DNA from: Deltaproteobacteria bacterium
GTDB lineage: Bacteria > Myxococcota > Myxococcia > Myxococcales > JAHFDP01
NCBI GenBank assembly: GCA_023248955.1
Contig: JAHFDP010000011.1
Location: forward strand, 6,056 to 70,055
Reading direction: 5' to 3'
DNA length: 64,000 nt
Part shown: one piece after another, positions 58,723 through 64,000 of the stretch
Position numbering within the stretch: the first letter of the stretch is position 1
Layout: the number at the start of each line of letters is the position of its first letter
Notes under the pieces: model-generated
What the model saw: the letters and a program-made list of their open reading frames with translations, nothing else
Told to the model about the DNA's origin: nothing
The model's database searches: none
Program-made: the position numbers and the translations under genes

Positions 58723-59685
58723 TCAAGAGCGACGATCGCGCAGCCGCGCAAGAAACCAGCCGAGTGCAATACCGAAAGCACCTGCTGGGAAGACCCACCA
58801 TTCCCGCCTATCGGGTGGGCGCATCAAAATTCCGGCGAGCATCACCGCGAAGTAAATCGAGGCACCCGCCAGAAGAGGCAGCGGACCCTTCGCTGGCCAC
58901 TCAGTCGTCTCATCGGCGGGCTCCAGCACCGCCTCCAACCCGGCCGCGCTCAATCGATACAACCGCGGCGACAACGGACTCTGCCCACCCTCGTAGACTT
59001 CCGCGATCAACCGTCTAAGCTGATCCTCCGCCTCCGGCGATTCGCGCAGCGCCACCACCGTGTCGCGCGCCGGCATACCCACCAGCACGGTGCCGCCTCC
59101 GGCTTCGCGTAACGCGTTCTGCACCGACGGCAACAGCAGCCGCGCCGCCGCGTAAAAGTCATCCGGCTCGATGGTGATGAGTCCGCCGCGTTTGTAATCC
59201 GTCTGAACGCCGGCATGCGCGGCAGCCGCATCGGAAGCGAGATTTTCCATCGCACGCCGCAGCGCATCTTCCGGGACCACGCCCATCCGCTCGAGATCAC
59301 CACCGCCGAGAAAACTCACCGAATCTCCTTCGTCGGTGACCAACACGATCTCCAGATCCGCCGCAAACGGATAGCGCACGAATCCTTCGTCGGACCGATT
59401 CGGCGCCGCCTCGATAATCAATGGACGCAGCCGCGCCAGCGACGCCGGGCCGCCCTCGGCCGAGCGCATGTCCAGCATGCGGCGCAGAAAGCTGTCGATG
59501 GCCGCCGCTTCCACTTCACCGGCCGCGGCGGTGGCGTAAAAATTGTCGAGCGGAATGTCGATCGGCTCGGCGTTTTCGGTCGGCACCATGCGCAGATGAA
59601 GTTGCGCTACTGCCTCCACTTCCGCGTGAGGCCACAACGTCTGCGCCCGCTCCAACGCAAGCATCGTAAACGTATCTGCGTCCAT
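58723..59685 (-). CDS. Hypothetical protein with two C-terminal TM segments (DUF1444/YtpQ-like impression only)
   Basis: A 320-aa acidic soluble domain followed by LPLLAGASIYFAVMLAGILM and WWVFPAGAFGIALGWFLA. Coding-like composition with no diagnostic motif. Confidence 0.6.
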   Translation of the reverse strand: MDADTFTMLALERAQTLWPHAEVEAVAQLHLRMVPTENAEPIDIPLDNFYATAAAGEVEAAAIDSFLRRMLDMRSAEGGPASLARLRPLIIEAAPNRSDEGFVRYPFAADLEIVLVTDEGDSVSFLGGGDLERMGVVPEDALRRAMENLASDAAAAHAGVQTDYKRGGLITIEPDDFYAAARLLLPSVQNALREAGGGTVLVGMPARDTVVALRESPEAEDQLRRLIAEVYEGGQSPLSPRLYRLSAAGLEAVLEPADETTEWPAKGPLPLLAGASIYFAVMLAGILMRPPDRREWWVFPAGAFGIALGWFLARLRDRRS

Positions 59686-59697
59686 CGATCGCGAAGA

Positions 59698-60480
59698 CTA
59701 CCGCCCTTCGAACTTGGGCGGGCGCTTTTCCACGAAGGCCTTCATGCCCTCTTTTTGATCCGCGGTATCGAACAGCAATCCGAAGCTCGCCGCCTCGCGC
59801 GCGTTGGCCGACGAGAGCGGCTCATCGTACCCGTGTTCGACGAGGTGCTTCGCCTCGGCAACGGCGAGCGGACCCTTGGCAGCGATCTTGGCCGCGATGG
59901 CCTTGACGTTGGCGAGCAATTCCGCGCGCGGAAAAATTTCCAAGCAGAGCCCGATGGTCTTGGCCTTCTCGGCGGGAATCAGATCACCGGTGAAGAGAAT
60001 TTCCTTCGCGCGCTGCTTGCCGACCAGCCGCGTGAGCCGCTGCGTTCCGCCAAATCCGGGAGCCACGCCGAGGTTCACCTCGGGCTGACCAAATCGCGCA
60101 TTGTCGCTGGCGTAGACGAGATCGCAGGAGATGGCGAGCTCGCACCCACCGCCGAGCGCGTAGCCGCCGACCGCCGCGATGGTCGGGCAATCGAGATCCT
60201 CCAAGTGCGCAAACACGCTGTGCCCCAGCCGCGAAAATTTCCGCGCCTCGCTGGCCGTCATGTCCTTCATCTCGGCGATGTCCGCGCCAGCCACGAAGGC
60301 CTTCTCGCCCGCGCCAGTGATGATGAGACAGCGCGTGTCCTTGGGTGCATGAAGTTGCCACAGCGCGGTCTGCAACTCGCGCAGCACCAGTGACGTGAGC
60401 GCGTTGAGCGCCGCGGGACGGTTGATGGTGATCGTGGTGACCGGACCATCTTGAGCAACAATCAGCGTTTCGTAGGCCAT
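59698..60480 (-). CDS. Enoyl-CoA hydratase (crotonase)
   Basis: LIITGAGEKAFVAGADIAEM...AAVGGYALGGGCELAISCDLVYA...FGQPEVNLGVAPGFGGTQRLTRLVG...EGMKAFVEKRPPKFEGR. Ends at TAG. Confidence 0.93.
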   Translation of the reverse strand: MAYETLIVAQDGPVTTITINRPAALNALTSLVLRELQTALWQLHAPKDTRCLIITGAGEKAFVAGADIAEMKDMTASEARKFSRLGHSVFAHLEDLDCPTIAAVGGYALGGGCELAISCDLVYASDNARFGQPEVNLGVAPGFGGTQRLTRLVGKQRAKEILFTGDLIPAEKAKTIGLCLEIFPRAELLANVKAIAAKIAAKGPLAVAEAKHLVEHGYDEPLSSANAREAASFGLLFDTADQKEGMKAFVEKRPPKFEGR

Positions 60481-60491
60481 GAAATCCTATC

Positions 60492-60506
60492 TTGATAAAA
60501 TATCAA
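60492..60506. promoter_or_regulatory. AT-rich perfect palindrome TTGATA-AAA-TATCAA just upstream of the crotonase start
   Basis: It lies 12-26 nt upstream of the ATG at 60480 (minus strand), in the hbd-crotonase spacer. Possible operator or RNA element. Confidence 0.3.
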
Positions 60507-60510
60507 AATC

Positions 60511-60541
60511 GTGGATGGCCGGGTCAAGCCCGGCCATGACG
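60511..60541. repeat. Half copy of REP family 1 core, inverted orientation
   Basis: GTGGATGGCCGGGTCAAGCCCGGCCATGACG is the exact reverse complement of the 31-mer core at 34928 and 50072. Confidence 0.85.
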
Positions 60542-60560
60542 CCTAGGCGGTCACAAAACA

Positions 60561-61406
60561 TCAATACGTGTAAAATCCACGCCCGCTCTTTTTTCCGTAC
60601 CAGCCCGCGTCGACGTACTGCCGCAACAGCGGCGCCGGGCGGTACTTGTCCTCGCCGAGACCCTTGTGCAGCACCTCAGCGATGAAGAGGCATGTGTCGA
60701 GCCCCACGAAATCGGCCAGCTCCAGCGGACCCATCGGATGGTTGCAACCAAGTTTCATCGCAGTGTCGATGTCCTTCGCCGACCCGAGCCCCTCGGCCAT
60801 CGCGAAGCAGGCTTCGTTGAGCATCGGGATGAGCAGGCGATTCACGATGAAACCTGGCATATCCTTCGAGGTGACGGTGGTCTTACCAAGCCGAGTCGCC
60901 AGCGCCAGCGTGGCGTCGTAAGTCGCGTCGCTGGTCTGGATGCCGCGAATCACCTCGACGAGCGCCATCAACGGCACGGGATTCATGAAGTGCATGCCGA
61001 TCACCTGCGCCGGCCGGCGCGTGGCCGCGGCAAGCCGCGTGATCGGGATCGACGAAGTGTTGCTGGCCAAGATCGCATGCGGCGGCAAAACTTCATCGAG
61101 CTTCTTGAACGCGTCGAGCTTGGTCGGTTCATTCTCGGTGATCGCCTCAACGACAAAATCGCAATCGGCCAAATCACCAAACGCCGCTTTGCGAACGCGC
61201 GCCAACGTTGCGTCGCGCGTCACCGCATCGAGCTTGCTCTTCTGCACCGCGCGCTCGAGAAGCTTGGCGATGTTCCCCAGGCCGCGCTCCACCGCGCCGG
61301 GCACCGCGTCGACTAGCGCAACCTCGATGCCAGCTTGCGCGGCGACTTGCGCGATACCGCTGCCCATCTGGCCCGCACCTAAAACTGCGACTTTGCGAAT
61401 CTGCAT
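60561..61406 (-). CDS. hbd: 3-hydroxybutyryl-CoA dehydrogenase
   Basis: ATG 61406 gives MQIRKVAVLGAGQMGSGIAQVAAQAGIEVALVD...SNTSSIPITRLA...IGMHFMNPVPLMALVEVIRG...PGFIVNRLLIPMLNEA...MGPLELADFVGLD. Confidence 0.93.
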   Translation of the reverse strand: MQIRKVAVLGAGQMGSGIAQVAAQAGIEVALVDAVPGAVERGLGNIAKLLERAVQKSKLDAVTRDATLARVRKAAFGDLADCDFVVEAITENEPTKLDAFKKLDEVLPPHAILASNTSSIPITRLAAATRRPAQVIGMHFMNPVPLMALVEVIRGIQTSDATYDATLALATRLGKTTVTSKDMPGFIVNRLLIPMLNEACFAMAEGLGSAKDIDTAMKLGCNHPMGPLELADFVGLDTCLFIAEVLHKGLGEDKYRPAPLLRQYVDAGWYGKKSGRGFYTY

Positions 61407-61434
61407 TTTCGCCTCCTTTATCGAGGATGGTCTA

Positions 61435-61797
61435 TCAAAAAAAGTTGACGCTCGTCTCGCCGCCGAAGTGCGAAACGTGGACCGCGCCGCGCAACTCGGC
61501 GACCGGGCGCGCACCGCCGTAATCGAGCAGAACGTCGACCTCACCGTCTCCGGGCGCGATCCGAATCGGAAATTCCACCAGCGAAGGCGCGCCGTTTTTG
61601 AGCGACAACTCCGCGCGACGCACCAGGTGCGCCTGCTGTTTCACCGTAATTGTGAGTCGGCGAACGTCGAGCGCGTGATGCGATTCCAAATCGAGCTGCA
61701 ACACGGTTTCTTTGGGCGAGCGCACGTAGAGCCACGCGGCGCCAAGCACCAGCGCGCCCACCAAAAGAAAGCGCGCACGGCGCGACGAACCGGTCAC
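61435..61797 (-). CDS. Hypothetical membrane-anchored protein
   Basis: GTG start with GTGA overlap. RRARFLLVGALVLGAAWLYV anchor followed by a beta-rich 90 aa. Confidence 0.55.
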   Translation of the reverse strand: MTGSSRRARFLLVGALVLGAAWLYVRSPKETVLQLDLESHHALDVRRLTITVKQQAHLVRRAELSLKNGAPSLVEFPIRIAPGDGEVDVLLDYGGARPVAELRGAVHVSHFGGETSVNFF

Positions 61798-62222
61798 GGT
61801 TTTTTGTGATCAGCCATGCGATGCGGCGGCGCGGCGGGAGTGCGTGGCGCCAAGTTCACGCGCGGGCGAACTTGCACTTGCGGCTGGCCGTCCGGCGTCA
61901 TGCGAATCGTGGTGTGGACGTCGATCGTCATCCCGGCCAACAATTTCAACGCCTCTTTCCGCAGCGATTCCGATTCGAAAAAACGCTGCAGCTCGCGCGC
62001 GGCGACCCGCGCCATCTCGGCCCGCGTCTTGTCGGCCTGATCGCGTAGATACCCGAGCGCATCCTTGGGCAGCTTGAGATCGCCGACCATGCCGCGCAGC
62101 CCTTCCTCGGTCATGAACACCGCGCCCACGCCGGCCACCACGGCGCGCCGCACGATGTCGGGCACCAGGCTCTCCAGCCGGCCGCGCGGCTCTTCGGGTG
62201 GCTCGTCCAACTTGTCGGCCAT
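61794..62222 (-). CDS. Hypothetical protein
   Basis: 142 aa with coding-like composition. MADKLDEPPEEPRGRLESLVPDIVRRAVVAGVGAVFMTEEGLRGMV... No recognised motif. Confidence 0.55.
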   Translation of the reverse strand: MADKLDEPPEEPRGRLESLVPDIVRRAVVAGVGAVFMTEEGLRGMVGDLKLPKDALGYLRDQADKTRAEMARVAARELQRFFESESLRKEALKLLAGMTIDVHTTIRMTPDGQPQVQVRPRVNLAPRTPAAPPHRMADHKKP

Positions 62223-62232
62223 CGGAGCTCCG

Positions 62233-62664
62233 TTAGATCGAGATGGAGAACGTCAATTTGGAGGTGTTGGAATCTTTGCCCGACGCGTCCGTCGCCGTGG
62301 CGGACACAGCAAAGGTCTGCTCCGCTTGGATCGTTTGCAACACCACGTCCGCGGAAAATTGCAGCGTTCCGCTGGTGGCGCCAGGTTGTAGCCCCGCCGC
62401 TTTGAAGAGATCCGCAATCGGCAACTTGGTGGCCGTCGACTGCTCGTCCACCTTCAGTGTCAGTTGGCCCTGCGAGAGATTGCCGTCGGAATCGGTGAAA
62501 TCCACCGCCAGCAGCAACCGAAATGGATCCTCGACAGTCTGGCAATTCGACTGACAGCGCAACCCGGAAAGCTTGGGCTTGCCGCAAGCGGACGCGAGGA
62601 CCACGAGAACGGCGATGCCAAGAGGGCGCACGTGGAAATCGTACCACGGCAGCCGCGATTTCAA
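62233..62664 (-). CDS. Lipoprotein of unknown function
   Basis: LGIAVLVVLASACGKPK (lipobox) followed by a beta-rich domain. Confidence 0.6.
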   Translation of the reverse strand: MKSRLPWYDFHVRPLGIAVLVVLASACGKPKLSGLRCQSNCQTVEDPFRLLLAVDFTDSDGNLSQGQLTLKVDEQSTATKLPIADLFKAAGLQPGATSGTLQFSADVVLQTIQAEQTFAVSATATDASGKDSNTSKLTFSISI

Positions 62665-62695
62665 GAGTCGGCGATGTGCACGACTACCGCTACGG

Positions 62696-63799
62696 TCAAC
62701 GCCCCGCTACCGCCGCGATCGGCAGGTGGTAGGCCTCTCCAGCCTGCTTCCCTTGCATGTTGGTCACGCTAATGCGGTCCGCCACCACGCCCGCAATGCG
62801 CATGAACTGTCTGGCCTCGGTGCTCTCGGGATGCGAGACGACGATGGGCACGCCAGCATCGCCGCCCACGCGCACGTCGACGTGAATCGGCACTTCTCCC
62901 AGATAGGGCACACACAACTTTTCCGCGGCCTTCGCGGCACCCCCGCGCGAAAAAATTTCGGTCGAGGTGTGGCAATGCGGGCACTCGAAGTAGCTCATGT
63001 TCTCGACGATGCCGAGTACCGGAATGTCGACCTTGTCGAACATCGCTTTGGCCTTGATGGCATCCGCCAGCGCCACGTCTTGCGGTGTAGTCACAATGAC
63101 TGCACCCGCGCATTTCACCTGCTGCGAAATGGTCAGCTGAATGTCGCCCGTGCCCGGCGGAAGATCGAGCACCAGATAGTCGAGCGCGCCCCAGCGCACG
63201 TCGCGCAAGAGCTGAACCAGCGCGCCATGCAGCATCGGCCCGCGCCAAATCATAGCCTGTTGCGGATCGACGAAGAAGCCGATCGACATCACGCTCACGC
63301 CGTGCGCCATCAACGGATCGATAATTTTTCCGTCGGGCGAGGCCGGGCGCTTGCCGTAGAGGCCCATCATCAGCGGCATGGACGGACCGTAGATGTCCGC
63401 ATCGAGAAGCCCCGTCTTGGCGCCGAGCTTGGCGAGCGCCACGGCGAGGTTCGCAGCCACCGTGGATTTCCCAACACCACCTTTTCCGCTACCGACCAAA
63501 ATGACATTTTTCACTTCCGGCAACAGCACGGACTGCGCCCCCGGCGGTGCCCGCACCTGCGCGCCCCAGGTAATTTCCGAGAGCGCCACACCGCTCGCCG
63601 CCAGCGCTTCGCGCAGCGACTTCTCGATCGGCTCCTTCAGCGGACAGGCCGGCGTGGTCAGCTCAACTTTGATGCTCACTTCGCGCGGCGAGTGCACCAC
63701 GACATCCTTGATCATGCCCAACTCAACCATCGAGCGGTTCAGCTCGGGATCTTTGACCGGCCGCAGAATTTCGAGCACGCGCGCTTGAGTGAGTTCCAT
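62696..63799 (-). CDS. apbC: Mrp/NBP35-family Fe-S cluster carrier ATPase (ApbC)
   Basis: N-terminal MIP18-like domain (VLEILRPVKDPELNRSMVELGMIKDV), deviant Walker A GSGKGGVGKST, and CxxC (FECPHCH). Confidence 0.92.
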   Translation of the reverse strand: MELTQARVLEILRPVKDPELNRSMVELGMIKDVVVHSPREVSIKVELTTPACPLKEPIEKSLREALAASGVALSEITWGAQVRAPPGAQSVLLPEVKNVILVGSGKGGVGKSTVAANLAVALAKLGAKTGLLDADIYGPSMPLMMGLYGKRPASPDGKIIDPLMAHGVSVMSIGFFVDPQQAMIWRGPMLHGALVQLLRDVRWGALDYLVLDLPPGTGDIQLTISQQVKCAGAVIVTTPQDVALADAIKAKAMFDKVDIPVLGIVENMSYFECPHCHTSTEIFSRGGAAKAAEKLCVPYLGEVPIHVDVRVGGDAGVPIVVSHPESTEARQFMRIAGVVADRISVTNMQGKQAGEAYHLPIAAVAGR

Positions 63800-63892
63800 T
63801 TGTTCTCCAGGGGAAACGGGCGGCAGGTTGTAAGCGCAGCGACTGAGGAGTCAAGCGGCGCTTGCGCGCTCAGAACGGGGTTCTCATTGTTG

Positions 63893-64000
63893 ATGGACGA
63901 GGATGCCATGGCTCAAGCGCTGCTCCGCCACCGTTTTGTGCAGGAAGAAGCGACTGGACTGCTCGCCATCGGCTTCATTGCCACCCTGGCTTCGCTCTTG
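63893..64000 (+). CDS. Start of an unidentified membrane protein (runs off window end)
   Basis: ATG 63893 gives MDEDAMAQALLRHRFVQEEATGLLAIGFIATLASLL. Only 36 codons are visible. Confidence 0.3.
   Translation, partial: MDEDAMAQALLRHRFVQEEATGLLAIGFIATLASLL

Overview
This is a GC-rich (judged by eye) bacterial chromosomal window. It is densely coding on both strands, with many 4-nt ATGA/GTGA start-stop overlaps. All similarity statements rest on reading the ORF translations and on remembered family motifs; no searches were run.

The gene content suggests a Myxococcota-like organism, but this is inference only. The cues are many lipoproteins, a Ser/Thr kinase, a HEAT-repeat protein, GC-rich REP hairpins, and a REP that translates as DGRVKPGHD.

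Layout:
1. 1-7.1 kb, minus strand: the conserved block tRNA-Thr/Tyr/Gly/Thr - tuf - rpmG - tRNA-Trp - secE - nusG - rplK - rplA - rplJ - rplL - rpoB (5-prime part).
2. 7.1-9.8 kb: rlmB, a DsbD-N-like secreted protein, rimK and a TlpA-like thioredoxin.
3. 9.8-19.2 kb, accessory-looking:
   - a large tail-fibre-like/LamG secreted protein with a Cys-rich twofold C-terminal domain;
   - a VapBC-type toxin-antitoxin pair;
   - a disrupted HExxH-domain plus AAA_5 ATPase locus;
   - an ABC transporter whose permease is fused to a CPBP protease.
4. 19.3-24 kb: tRNA-Thr(CGU) followed by two partial copies of its 3-prime half, then eno, mobA and an RR-HK-RR operon.
5. 24-35 kb: two lipoproteins (one with HExxH), a kinase, a HEAT-repeat lipoprotein, rluB, scpB, scpA, trpS, a VOC protein and typA.
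6. 35-45.6 kb:
   - a frameshifted secreted lipoprotein;
   - a branched-chain acyl-CoA cluster (enoyl-CoA hydratase, HMG-CoA lyase, ICM-like B12 mutase, two ACADs);
   - a DUF255-type thioredoxin protein.
7. 45.9-57.1 kb: the strongest novelty candidate.
   - four paralogous polytopic GT-C-like (GT87/PIG-M-like) membrane proteins, one inverted;
   - a SAM methyltransferase and a Cys-rich lipoprotein;
   - a GT2 enzyme, a sugar C-methyltransferase, and RmlD-like and RmlC-like genes.
8. 57.1-64 kb: a YHS lipoprotein, beta-oxidation genes, three small unknown genes and mrp/apbC.

Three loci carry reading-frame lesions: rplJ, the AAA_5 locus and the 35-36.8 kb lipoprotein. I cannot tell from the sequence whether these are assembly errors or real decay. 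Two families of short palindromic repeats are scattered in the intergenic spacers.
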